Assembly: GCA_018826255.1 (NCBI GenBank)
Contig: JAHJZO010000023.1
Coordinates: 1-35,350, forward strand
Origin: Patescibacteria group bacterium
Lineage (GTDB): Bacteria > Patescibacteriota > Minisyncoccia > UBA10092
Length of the DNA: 35,350 bases
Reading direction: 5' to 3'
In this document: positions 1-7,517 of the stretch, one piece after another
Position numbering within the stretch: the first letter of the stretch is position 1
Layout: each line of letters starts with the position of its first letter
Made by a program: the position numbers and the translations under genes
The notes under the pieces: model-generated
Seen by the model: the letters and a program-made list of their open reading frames with translations, nothing else
What the model was told of the DNA's origin: nothing
Databases searched by the model: none

Positions 1-834
1 AAGAAGGACGCCATCAGCTTCCTTTCTGTTAAAGGCCGAAGCGGATTCTTCTTCGGAAAGATAAAATGTCAAAACCAAATTTTTTATAAATGGCGCGTAA
101 GAGAAATAATTGGTATTTGCCGTTAAATTGACGGAAATAATTCTTCCCAATGAATCTTTTTGCAATTTTACAAAACGATACGGACCGGTGCCTATGGGAT
201 TGAAATTGAAATCTGCCAAAGGAAAACTCTGAGGGGCAACATTTTCCCAAATATGCTTGGGCAAAATGCCAAGCAGAGCCAGATTTTCAGTAAAAGCGCC
301 GTAGGGTGTTTTAAGAGTTAAAATAACCGTATATTTATCTAAGGCCTCAGCTTTTACGCCTTGCCAGCTGGCTCTTAGCGGACTATTGTATTCCGGATTT
401 TGCGCCGCATTAATTGTAAAAACAACATCTTCGGCGCTAAACGGTTCGCCGTCATGCCAAATAATTCCATTCTTTAATTTTATAGTATAAGTTTTTTGAT
501 CTTTTGAAACTGTATAGCTTGCCGCCAAATCCGGTATCAGTTCACTTTTGTCGTTGTATTTTAAGAGTGAAGAAAATATCAGATTAGAAAGGTCCCGGTC
601 GGAATCATTAGTCGATAAAAGGGGGTTAAGATTGTGGGGAGATTCCGTTATTGCCTCAACATAGGTGCCACCGAAAACAGACACTACTCTGGTTTGATCT
701 CGGTAAAATTTTCCAACCAAATATGAGATAGAAAAAAGAATAAGAACGCAAAAAACGCCAAGCCAAAGCTTTTCGCCAATTTTAAGACTGTTCCAGATTC
801 TGGCCCAGTTTTTAATTTTTATGAATCTATTAAT
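1..834 (-). CDS. Peptide/nickel ABC transporter substrate-binding protein, family 5 (partial, runs off the left edge; start codon uncertain)
   Basis: Manual translation (not in the ORF track) gives an open frame from 846 to the edge: N-terminal TM segment LWLGVFCVLILFSISYL, then NLNPLL...LIFSSLLKY...LIPDLA...WHDGEPFSAEDVVFTI...PIGTGPYRF. No ATG/GTG/TTG lies upstream of the TM segment; ATT at 834 is used provisionally. Confidence 0.85.
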   Translation of the reverse strand, partial: MNRFIKIKNWARIWNSLKIGEKLWLGVFCVLILFSISYLVGKFYRDQTRVVSVFGGTYVEAITESPHNLNPLLSTNDSDRDLSNLIFSSLLKYNDKSELIPDLAASYTVSKDQKTYTIKLKNGIIWHDGEPFSAEDVVFTINAAQNPEYNSPLRASWQGVKAEALDKYTVILTLKTPYGAFTENLALLGILPKHIWENVAPQSFPLADFNFNPIGTGPYRFVKLQKDSLGRIISVNLTANTNYFSYAPFIKNLVLTFYLSEEESASAFNRKEADGVLL

Positions 835-841
835 AGTGGTT

Positions 842-1057
842 TTATATCAGAAAAGAGGCGACGCTTGCCGCTACAAACAAAATCGCTAAAACTATAGTAG
901 CCCAGAAAATAATGTTTTCTATGCCGCGCCGAGTATGATAAAAAGTAGACTCTCCGCCGAAAACAGAGGAAAGACCGCTGCCGCGCGATTGCATAAGAAT
1001 AGCTCCGGCTAAGAGCGTTGCTAGTACTATTTGAGCAATCGATAGAAAATTAGGCAT
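842..1057 (-). CDS. secG: Preprotein translocase subunit SecG
   Basis: 71 aa, two TM helices, ILMQSRGSGLSSVFGG loop motif. Confidence 0.92.
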   Translation of the reverse strand: MPNFLSIAQIVLATLLAGAILMQSRGSGLSSVFGGESTFYHTRRGIENIIFWATIVLAILFVAASVASFLI

Positions 1058-1061
1058 AATT

Positions 1062-1430
1062 TTATTCTTGTTCTTTTTCTTTACGAGTTAAAATGGAGGC
1101 CGCGAAATTAAATACGGTAATAATAACCATGGTCCAAAAGTACGCAATAATTCCGGTGATTGAAAACTCCGGCGCGAAATAAGCCGCGAGCCATATCATA
1201 AATATATTTATAACTATAGTAAAAAGTCCCAGAGTTAGCAATATAAGGGGACTGAACAGCAATTTTAACACGGGCTTTATAAAAGCATTAACCAAAGCGA
1301 GAATAAGAGCGATTTTCAATAAACCTACGGGCTCGTAGCTGTAAATAACACCAGGGATAAACCGCGCCGCAGCTAAAACCGCCAGCGCGTTAGCGACAAT
1401 GCGAAACAAGAACCTGATAATCATAATCAT
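1062..1430 (-). CDS. 4-TM phage-holin-family (YvlD/DUF360-like) membrane protein
   Basis: LVNAFIKPVLKLLFSPLILLTLGLFTIVIN motif typical of this family. Confidence 0.85.
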   Translation of the reverse strand: MIMIIRFLFRIVANALAVLAAARFIPGVIYSYEPVGLLKIALILALVNAFIKPVLKLLFSPLILLTLGLFTIVINIFMIWLAAYFAPEFSITGIIAYFWTMVIITVFNFAASILTRKEKEQE

Positions 1431-1461
1431 ATTATATGTTATAAAGCAAGAGCTGGCAATG

Positions 1462-1489
1462 TTGACAAAGTAGAGAAATAAGCTAATAT
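1462..1489 (+). promoter_or_regulatory. Sigma70-type promoter of groES-groEL
   Basis: TTGACA (1462-1467), 16-nt spacer, TAATAT (1484-1489), upstream of the groES ATG at 1508. Confidence 0.6.
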
Positions 1490-1507
1490 AGGGAAGAACA
1501 AAAACAT

Positions 1508-1798
1508 ATGGCGATAAAACAAATTTGTATAAAACCTTTGGGCGACCGGGTTGTGGTTGTGGCTGTTAAAGAAGCCGCTCGAACCAAATCGGGTATCATT
1601 TTGCCGGAAACAGTTGATAAAGAAAAACCGGCGCAGGGAAAAGTGGTGGCCATGGGCGCGGGCGAAAAAATAAAAAAATCGGGCGTTAAAAAAGGCGACC
1701 AAGTCATCTATGAAAAATACGCCGGCACGGAATTCAAAATCGAAAGTGTTGAATATAAAATTTTAAAAGAAGACGAAATCTTAGCGATTCTAGAATAA
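1508..1798 (+). CDS. groES: Co-chaperonin GroES
   Basis: IKPLGDRVVV, TKSGIILP, KYAGTE, EDEILAI motifs. Confidence 0.97.
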   Translation: MAIKQICIKPLGDRVVVVAVKEAARTKSGIILPETVDKEKPAQGKVVAMGAGEKIKKSGVKKGDQVIYEKYAGTEFKIESVEYKILKEDEILAILE

Positions 1799-1804
1799 AA
1801 AATT

Positions 1805-3430
1805 ATGGCAAAACAAATTATTTCAGGCGCGCAAGCCAGAGAAGCGGTAAAAAGAGGCGTTGACCAATTGGCCAATGCCGTTAAAATCACTCTCGGTCCG
1901 CGCGGCCGCAATGTCGTTTTGGATAAGGGCTACGGCGCCCCGACAATTACCAATGACGGCGTGACCATAGCCAAAGACATTGAACTTAATGACAAATTTG
2001 AAAATATCGGCGCCTCGCTTGTAAAAGAAGCGGCGTCCAAAACCAATGATGTCGCCGGTGACGGCACGACCACGGCGGTTGTTTTGACGCAGGCGATGAT
2101 AGCCGAAGGAGTTAATTTAATAAATTCCGGCGCTAACCCCATGGTTTTGAAACGCGGCATGGATAAAGCAATGGCCAAAGTTTCCGAAATATTAAAGAAA
2201 AATGCCAAGCCGGTGACCAAAGAAAAAATAAAAGATGTCGCCATAATTTCCGCTAATGACAAAGAAATGGGCTCGCTCATTGCCGAAGTCATAAATGAAG
2301 TCGGCAAAGAAGGAGTAGTTACCGTTGAAGAAGGTCAAACAATGGATGTTTCTTACGAATTGGTTGAAGGACTTCAGTTTGACCGCGGTTATGTCAACCC
2401 CTATATGGTAACTAATGCCGAAAGAATGGAAGCGGTTTTGGAAAAGCCAAATATTTTAATCACCGACAAGAAGATTTCTTCTCTTCCGGAAATAATGCCG
2501 CTTTTGGAAAAAATTATAAAATCAGGAAATAAAAACTTGGTAATCATCGCCGATGAAATTGAAGGTGAGGCGCTGGCGACTCTTGTCGTTAATAAACTTC
2601 GTGGAATTTTTAATGTTTTAGCAGTAAAAGCACCGGGATTTGGCGACAGACGAAAAGAAATGCTGGAAGACATGGCGGCGGTTGTCGGCGGTGAAGTAGT
2701 TTCCGAAGATAAAGGAATGAAACTTGAAAATGCCGACTTGAATGTTTTGGGAGAAGCCAAGCGAATTATCGCCAACAAAGATAATACCACTATTGTCGGC
2801 GGCGCCGGTTCCAAGTCGGACATAGAAAAAAGAATAAAACAAATCAAAGCTCAGCTTGAAAAAACCGAATCGGAATTTGACAAAGAAAAGCTTCAGGAAA
2901 GATTGGCGAAATTATCAGGCGGTGTGGCCGTTATCAAAGTTGGCGCCGCGACCGAAGTTGAAATGAAAGAAAAGAAATTCAGAATTGAAGACGCGGTTTC
3001 GGCAACTAAAGCGGCAATTGAAGAGGGCATTGTTTCCGGAGGCGGCGTGGCGCTTTTTGAAGCAGCTAAAGAAATCAAGGGTTCTAAACTGGCGGGCGCG
3101 GTTGAATTCGGCGACGAAGCCAAGGGCGTTAATTTGGTAATTAGCGCGCTGGAATCGCCGATGCGGGTAATAGCGAAAAATGCCAATAAAGATGATAACG
3201 AGGTTATTCAAACCATAAGCGAAAGAGAAAAGGGTATTGGGTTTAACGCGGTAACGGGAGAATACGCCGATATGATTAAAGACGGAATTATAGATCCATT
3301 GAAAGTTACCAGGACGGCCTTGCAAAATGCCGTATCTATTGCTTCAATGCTTTTAACCAGCGAGGTTTTGATTTCGGACTTGCCGGAAAAAATTAATCCG
3401 CCGGAAATAAATCAACATGATAATTATTAG
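1805..3430 (+). CDS. groEL: Chaperonin GroEL
   Basis: [32 protein letters not shown] motifs; no GGM tail. Confidence 0.99.
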   Translation: MAKQIISGAQAREAVKRGVDQLANAVKITLGPRGRNVVLDKGYGAPTITNDGVTIAKDIELNDKFENIGASLVKEAASKTNDVAGDGTTTAVVLTQAMIAEGVNLINSGANPMVLKRGMDKAMAKVSEILKKNAKPVTKEKIKDVAIISANDKEMGSLIAEVINEVGKEGVVTVEEGQTMDVSYELVEGLQFDRGYVNPYMVTNAERMEAVLEKPNILITDKKISSLPEIMPLLEKIIKSGNKNLVIIADEIEGEALATLVVNKLRGIFNVLAVKAPGFGDRRKEMLEDMAAVVGGEVVSEDKGMKLENADLNVLGEAKRIIANKDNTTIVGGAGSKSDIEKRIKQIKAQLEKTESEFDKEKLQERLAKLSGGVAVIKVGAATEVEMKEKKFRIEDAVSATKAAIEEGIVSGGGVALFEAAKEIKGSKLAGAVEFGDEAKGVNLVISALESPMRVIAKNANKDDNEVIQTISEREKGIGFNAVTGEYADMIKDGIIDPLKVTRTALQNAVSIASMLLTSEVLISDLPEKINPPEINQHDNY

Positions 3431-3740
3431 ATTACAAAGAGTCGGAAAAAAACACACGGCGACTTTTAGGGTTGTGTTAACCGAAAAAACCGCCGGGCCG
3501 CGCCGGAAATATTTAGAATTGCTCGGCAATGTGAATCGTAAAATGAAAACAGTCAGTTTGAAAAAGGATAGAATTTTATATTGGATTAGCAAAGGCGCCC
3601 AGCCATCGGACACAATCCACAATCTGCTTATTTCACAAGGCGTAATTTCCGGCGCCAAAAAACCGGTTCACAAAATTTCAAAAAAAGTACCTGTGGCGGC
3701 AACGCCGGAAGTAGTCCCGGAAACGACACCCACTGTTTGA
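3417..3740 (+). CDS. rpsP: 30S ribosomal protein S16
   Basis: [12 protein letters not shown]...FRVV...[16 protein letters not shown]. Confidence 0.95.
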   Translation: MIIIRLQRVGKKHTATFRVVLTEKTAGPRRKYLELLGNVNRKMKTVSLKKDRILYWISKGAQPSDTIHNLLISQGVISGAKKPVHKISKKVPVAATPEVVPETTPTV

Positions 3741-3773
3741 CAATCATATTAGTTTTTGCTATACATCAGACAA

Positions 3774-3811
3774 TTAGTAGCTACCCCTTCGGGGTTAGGT
3801 CGACCTACTAA
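3774..3811 (+). ncRNA. Structured 5' leader hairpin upstream of khpA (candidate cis-regulatory RNA)
   Basis: Outer stem TTAGTAG/CTACTAA, inner stem closed by a C(TTCG)G tetraloop, GTCGAC bulge; follows a candidate promoter TTGACA(3737)-17-TATACA(3760). Confidence 0.45.
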
Positions 3812-3838
3812 ACTTTAACAAAAAGATTATTCAAAGAA

Positions 3839-4183
3839 ATGGCTACAAAATCAGTTGATCAGGAATTTCTTGAATACCTTGTAAAATCAATCGTTGACCA
3901 TCCTGATGATGTCAAGATTGAGCGCAAGGTTGACGAGATGGGAGTCCTTTTAGACCTTAGAGTTAACCAAGAAGACATGGGAATGCTTATTGGTCGCCAG
4001 GGCTCAACAGCGAAAGCCATCCGAACTCTTCTTCGTATAATTGGCGCCCGCAATAATGCGCGGGTTAATTTGAAGATAGAGGAACCGGAAGGTTCGACTC
4101 GTCCGGTGAGAGAAAGCCCGACATCGACACCGACATCGACAAGAGATATGGATCAAGTTGTTGATGATTTAAGACAGCTATAA
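3839..4183 (+). CDS. khpA: KH-domain RNA-binding protein KhpA (YlqC/UPF0109)
   Basis: EFLEYLVKSIVDHPDDV...DMGMLIGRQGSTAKAIRTLL (GxxG loop); synteny rpsP-khpA-trmD. Confidence 0.92.
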   Translation: MATKSVDQEFLEYLVKSIVDHPDDVKIERKVDEMGVLLDLRVNQEDMGMLIGRQGSTAKAIRTLLRIIGARNNARVNLKIEEPEGSTRPVRESPTSTPTSTRDMDQVVDDLRQL

Positions 4184-4231
4184 TCTAATCTAAAACCCCT
4201 CCGCTTCTGGCGGAGGGGTTTTAGATTAGAT
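4183..4231. terminator. 22-bp perfect hairpin after khpA (terminator-like, repeat-derived apex)
   Basis: ATCTAATCTAAAACCCCTCCGC-TTCTG-GCGGAGGGGTTTTAGATTAGAT. Confidence 0.75.
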
Positions 4232-4261
4232 GCGCAAACATATGTAAGACATATATATTTA

Positions 4262-4303
4262 ATTTATACCGAATTCCGACGATCGTCCGAATATGGTATA
4301 AAT
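4262..4303. repeat. 42-nt imperfect palindrome with CGATCG centre
   Basis: ATTTATACCgaATTCcGACGA|TCGTCcGAATatGGTATAAAT. Confidence 0.75.
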
Positions 4304-4331
4304 GAGTATATTTGATATTATTATAATAATT

Positions 4332-5009
4332 ATGCGATTCGATATTATAACTATATTCCCAAAGATTTTTGATTCTTATTTAAACGAGAGCATTATTAAG
4401 CGCGCGCAGAAAAACAAAAAAATAAAAATAAATATAATTAATCTCCGCGATTTTGCGACCGACAAACACAAGACGGTTGATGAAAAGCCATACGGCGGGG
4501 GACCGGGGATGGTGTTCAAAATCGAGCCGCTTATTAAAGCGCTTAGTAAACTTTCCCCTGATCTTGTAATTCTTTTTTCCGCTTCCGGAAAACAATTTAA
4601 TTCTAAGATAGCGGGTGACTTTGCCAAAAAATATAATCATATCGTAATGATCGCCGGCCATTACGAAGGCGTGGATGAACGCATCAAAAAAGTTATTGTA
4701 AATTGTAAATTGTCCCGCTATGCTGGATCCCGCCAAGCGGGAAAAATTATAGAATTGTCGGTAGGTCCCTATGTTCTAACCGGAGGAGAATTGCCGGCAA
4801 TGATTGTCATTGACGCGGTGTCGCGGCACATCCCGGGCGTTTTGGGAAAAATGGAATCGCTTGAAGAAAAAAGATACGGCGTTGGCGTTCCGATGTACAC
4901 GCGTCCGGAAGTTTTTGTTTATCGCGGCAAAAAATATCCTGTTCCGAAAGTTTTTCTTTCCGGCAACCATAAGGAAATAGATAACTGGCGCAAAAACCAT
5001 CAGAGATAA
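4332..5009 (+). CDS. trmD: tRNA (guanine-N1)-methyltransferase TrmD
   Basis: MRFDIITIFP, VDEKPYGGGPGM, GHYEGVDER, SVGPYVLTGGELPAM, YTRP; start moved to ATG 4332. Confidence 0.97.
   Translation: MRFDIITIFPKIFDSYLNESIIKRAQKNKKIKINIINLRDFATDKHKTVDEKPYGGGPGMVFKIEPLIKALSKLSPDLVILFSASGKQFNSKIAGDFAKKYNHIVMIAGHYEGVDERIKKVIVNCKLSRYAGSRQAGKIIELSVGPYVLTGGELPAMIVIDAVSRHIPGVLGKMESLEEKRYGVGVPMYTRPEVFVYRGKKYPVPKVFLSGNHKEIDNWRKNHQR
4713..4742. repeat. 30-nt double-hairpin element, in frame within trmD
   Basis: TCCCGC-TAT-GCTGGA TCCCGC-CAA-GCGGGA, encoding SRYAGSRQAG. Confidence 0.8.
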
Positions 5010-5013
5010 AAGA

Positions 5014-5059
5014 AAAAAGTGTCGTTATTCAACCGATCGGTCTTATAACTGCACTTTTT
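5014..5059. repeat. Imperfect palindrome with CGATCG centre after trmD (may also act as terminator)
   Basis: AAAAAGTGtcGTTATtcaACCGA|TCGGTcttATAACtgCACTTTTT. Confidence 0.65.
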
Positions 5060-5078
5060 GTTTTTCAAAAATAAACCC

Positions 5079-5157
5079 TTTACAAATATTGTGAGATGTG
5101 ATACCGTACAAAAAGTAAGAAACGTCCTTTGACATCAAATAAAAATCCAATAGGAGG
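5079..5157 (+). promoter_or_regulatory. Promoter, boxA-like motif and Shine-Dalgarno of the 5166 gene
   Basis: TTTACA(5079)-17-TACCGT(5102) with extended TG; GTCCTTTGACA (5124-5134); AGGAGG (5152-5157). Confidence 0.5.
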
Positions 5158-5165
5158 GAAAAGTC

Positions 5166-5549
5166 ATGAAAAGAATAGAGAAATGGAATAGAAAAATCAC
5201 ATGTTCAGCAAAAATAATTTTGATTATTGTCGCGGTTATTGTTTATTTCAACATCGGTTATTTAGTGACATATTCAACAGTTCCGGAAACTCCAAAAACA
5301 CCAACAACTCAAATGATTTGGAAAATTCTAAATTTTGCTGATGGTATGGATATTAATAAGCAAGATAGAGGCACCTTTTCCTATATAATCGCTACAGTAT
5401 TATGGCCTTTGGTAGTACTTTTCATTTGGTTGGCCAATCTCGTGTTAATGTCTTTCAATATCATTTGTTTTTTTCTTTCCAGTACTTGGAGTGCCATTCA
5501 CTGGACTTTTACTGGAGGGGTTTGGAAATTGACAGGATTAATCAAATAG
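5166..5549 (+). CDS. Hypothetical membrane protein (127 aa)
   Basis: Strong SD, two or three hydrophobic segments, own promoter and terminator; family not recognised. Confidence 0.7.
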   Translation: MKRIEKWNRKITCSAKIILIIVAVIVYFNIGYLVTYSTVPETPKTPTTQMIWKILNFADGMDINKQDRGTFSYIIATVLWPLVVLFIWLANLVLMSFNIICFFLSSTWSAIHWTFTGGVWKLTGLIK

Positions 5550-5553
5550 AAAC

Positions 5554-5648
5554 AGGGGGCTTGACCCCGTAGTGGACTTTAACAGGTCGCTTTGGCGACC
5601 TAGGCTGTAATTGGTCAAAGTGCTACTACGGGGTTGACGCCCCTTTTT
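5554..5648 (+). terminator. Intrinsic terminator interrupted by a 73-nt palindromic insert
   Basis: AGGGGGC-[TTGAC...]-GCCCCTT followed by a T run. Confidence 0.6.
5561..5638. mobile_element. Putative miniature palindromic insertion element bounded by TTGAC direct repeats
   Basis: TTGAC CCCGTAGTGG...CTACTACGGGG TTGAC; long stem with inner hairpin AGGTCGC/GCGACCT; ends resemble the ddl insert. Confidence 0.6.
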
Positions 5649-5667
5649 ATTTTTGATAAACTATAAA

Positions 5668-5756
5668 TATTCCGCAGACAGTGGGCAAACAGTAAGACCC
5701 GCCGAGGATAAAAGTAATTGCTTTTATTTTTTGCGGACAAGTATCCGCATTTTTTT
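5668..5756 (+). ncRNA. Ribosomal protein L10 leader with downstream attenuator-like terminator
   Basis: TCCGCAGACAGTGGG...CCCGCCGAGGA matches the L10-leader pattern; hairpin TGCGGA-CAAGTA-TCCGCA plus T run ends just before the rplJ ATG. Confidence 0.8.
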
Positions 5757-6284
5757 ATGCCTCTAAATAGAGAACAAAAATCAAATATTTTGAAAGATTT
5801 AACTGATAAATTCGGCCGGGCTAAGGCGGCGATTTTAGTTGATTTCAATAAACTATCCGTAAGCAAGGCGATGGAATTGAGATGCAACCTAAAATCGATT
5901 AACGCAGAATATAAAGTTGCTAAAAAGACTTTAATCAACCGCGTTTTAAGAGCCGGTAATTTTGAAGATGCCAAAATAGATGATTTTAAGACACAAGTGG
6001 GAGTAATTTTCAGCTATGATGACCCGGTGCCCGTGGCGAACTCGATTTGGAAATTTTCCAGGATTAACGAGGCGTTAAAAATTCTGGGCGGTTTTCTAGA
6101 ACTAAACTGGCAAGGTAAGGATAATATCGTGGCTTTAGCAAAACTTCCTTCGCGTGAAATTCTTTTGGGACAGGTTGTCAGGGTGATCGCCTCTCCTCTT
6201 TCCGGATTGGCCACCGTGTTATCCGGCAATATGCGTAATTTGGTAGGCGTGCTAAATAATATAAGGTCGAAAAATAATAAATAA
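5757..6284 (+). CDS. rplJ: 50S ribosomal protein L10
   Basis: MPLNREQK, YKVAKKTLI, LAKLPSREILLGQ; start moved to ATG 5757. Confidence 0.96.
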   Translation: MPLNREQKSNILKDLTDKFGRAKAAILVDFNKLSVSKAMELRCNLKSINAEYKVAKKTLINRVLRAGNFEDAKIDDFKTQVGVIFSYDDPVPVANSIWKFSRINEALKILGGFLELNWQGKDNIVALAKLPSREILLGQVVRVIASPLSGLATVLSGNMRNLVGVLNNIRSKNNK

Positions 6285-6296
6285 TAAATAATAAAT

Positions 6297-6671
6297 ATGG
6301 CAAAATTTGATAAAATTATAGAAGAAGTTGAAAAGTTAACTGCACTTGAACTTTCCGAACTGGTCAAAGCGCTGGAAGAAAAGTTTGGCGTGTCGGCAGC
6401 AGCACCGATGATGGCGATGCCGGCCGGAGCAGGCGAGCCTGCGGTGGCAGTAGAAGAGAAGTCGGCTTTTGACGTTGTGTTGGCTAAAGCGGGTGATCAA
6501 AAAATCGCAGTCATAAAAATAGTTCGCGAAGCTACCAATAAAGGTCTCCAGGAGGCGAAGCAATTGGTTGATACGGCTCCTCAAGTAATAAAGAGCGGAG
6601 CTACTAAGGCCGAGGCCGATGAACTTAAGAAAAAATTGGAAGAAGCTGGCGCAACAGTAGAATTGAAATAA
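6297..6671 (+). CDS. rplL: 50S ribosomal protein L7/L12
   Basis: [41 protein letters not shown]. Confidence 0.98.
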   Translation: MAKFDKIIEEVEKLTALELSELVKALEEKFGVSAAAPMMAMPAGAGEPAVAVEEKSAFDVVLAKAGDQKIAVIKIVREATNKGLQEAKQLVDTAPQVIKSGATKAEADELKKKLEEAGATVELK

Positions 6672-6676
6672 AACAG

Positions 6677-6716
6677 AAAACAAAACGTCCGATTGAAAAA
6701 TCGGGCGTTTTGTTTT
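6677..6716 (+). terminator. Intrinsic terminator after rplL
   Basis: AAAACAAAACGTCCGATT-GAAA-AATCGGGCGTTTTGTTTT. Confidence 0.85.
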
Positions 6717-6733
6717 AATATAGCGTTTATAAC

Positions 6734-7321
6734 ATGACGAAAATATTATCGGAACCAACTTTAGATAGGTTGTTTGATTCGCCCGCAAGAACGCGGCTCT
6801 TGAAGTTATTCTTGTATAATCCCGAAGGAAATTTTGAATCAAAAAGCATATCAAAGAAACTTAATCTAAAATCTTATCAAACCAACAAACATCTTAAAGA
6901 CTTGGTTGTTTTAAAGTTTTTAATCCGCAAAAACATAAAAGACAAAAAAACATTCAGAGTCAATCAGAGCTTTGAGTTTTATGGCGAACTCAAAGAACTA
7001 GTGGCCAAAGCTAGTCCGGCTTCAAAGGAAAAAATGTTAAACCGTATTAAGAGCTTGGGGAAAATAAAACTGGCGCTCTTGGCCGGAGTGTTTATTAATT
7101 CCGATACGTCCCGAGCGGATCTTTTAATAGTGGGAGATAATATAAACTTAGCTAAGTTCAATGGTTTTATAAAAAATTTAGAAGCGGAAGTCGGCAAGGA
7201 AATTAATCACGCCTTGATGACAACGAAAGAATTTTATTACCGTCACGATATGTACGACCGCTTTATTCGTGACTTCTTGGATTTCAAACACGAAAAGCTC
7301 ATAAACAAACTGAAAATCTAG
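6734..7321 (+). CDS. Winged-HTH protein with C-terminal nucleotidyltransferase-like fold
   Basis: LFDSPARTRLLKLFL start of an HTH region; C-terminal LAGVF...SRADLLIVGD...LEAEVGKEIN resembles a degenerate minimal NTase. Confidence 0.7.
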   Translation: MTKILSEPTLDRLFDSPARTRLLKLFLYNPEGNFESKSISKKLNLKSYQTNKHLKDLVVLKFLIRKNIKDKKTFRVNQSFEFYGELKELVAKASPASKEKMLNRIKSLGKIKLALLAGVFINSDTSRADLLIVGDNINLAKFNGFIKNLEAEVGKEINHALMTTKEFYYRHDMYDRFIRDFLDFKHEKLINKLKI

Positions 7322-7392
7322 GGCGCATAGTTTAATGGTAAAACGCTCCGTTCACATCGGAGAGAGTATAAGTTCGATTCTTATTGCGCCCA
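7321..7392 (+). tRNA. tRNA-Val(CAC)
   Basis: Acceptor GGGCGCA/TGCGCCC, anticodon arm CTCCG-TT CAC AT-CGGAG, TTCGATT T-loop; no encoded CCA. Confidence 0.95.
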
Positions 7393-7405
7393 CAGTATTT
7401 TAAAC

Positions 7406-7493
7406 TTATCCACAGAAAGGCCTATTGCGGGCCTTTTTAATTTGTATTACTATTGATCTGTCAGTGGGAGATTGTGGGTAATCATGTGGATAA
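7406..7493. promoter_or_regulatory. mraZ upstream region: two perfect DnaA boxes, promoter and MraZ-type GTGGG repeats
   Basis: TTATCCACA 7406-7414; TGTGGATAA 7485-7493; TTGCGG(7425)-17-TACTAT(7448); GTGGG at 7464 and 7474 (10-nt period). Confidence 0.7.
7416..7438 (+). terminator. Terminator after tRNA-Val
   Basis: AAAGGCC-TATTGCG-GGCCTTTTT. Confidence 0.6.
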
Positions 7494-7517
7494 GTATATC
7501 AAACAGGGGATAACTTT

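Noticed and set aside
1062..1430. Holin-family gene as evidence of a prophage
   Set aside because: No phage genes nearby; this family is commonly chromosomal.
1930..3325. Several antisense ORFs inside groEL (similar ones inside dnaK, cysS, iscS, htrA)
   Set aside because: Shadow frames of conserved genes with no recognisable motifs.
4118..4141. 12-nt tandem duplication CCGACATCGACA x2 (PTSTPTST) in khpA
   Set aside because: Simple slippage in a disordered tail; not palindromic.
4184..4331. Remnant of rimM between khpA and trmD
   Set aside because: The gap is about 150 nt, filled by two palindromes, with no coding trace; absence alone is unremarkable in reduced genomes.
5554..5648. tRNA, SRP RNA or riboswitch
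   Set aside because: No T-loop, SRP GNRA/domain IV motif or recognisable aptamer; better explained as an insert in a terminator.
7400..7517. oriC
   Set aside because: Only two or three DnaA boxes in about 110 nt, no dnaA/dnaN adjacent and no clear unwinding element; better explained as promoter regulation.
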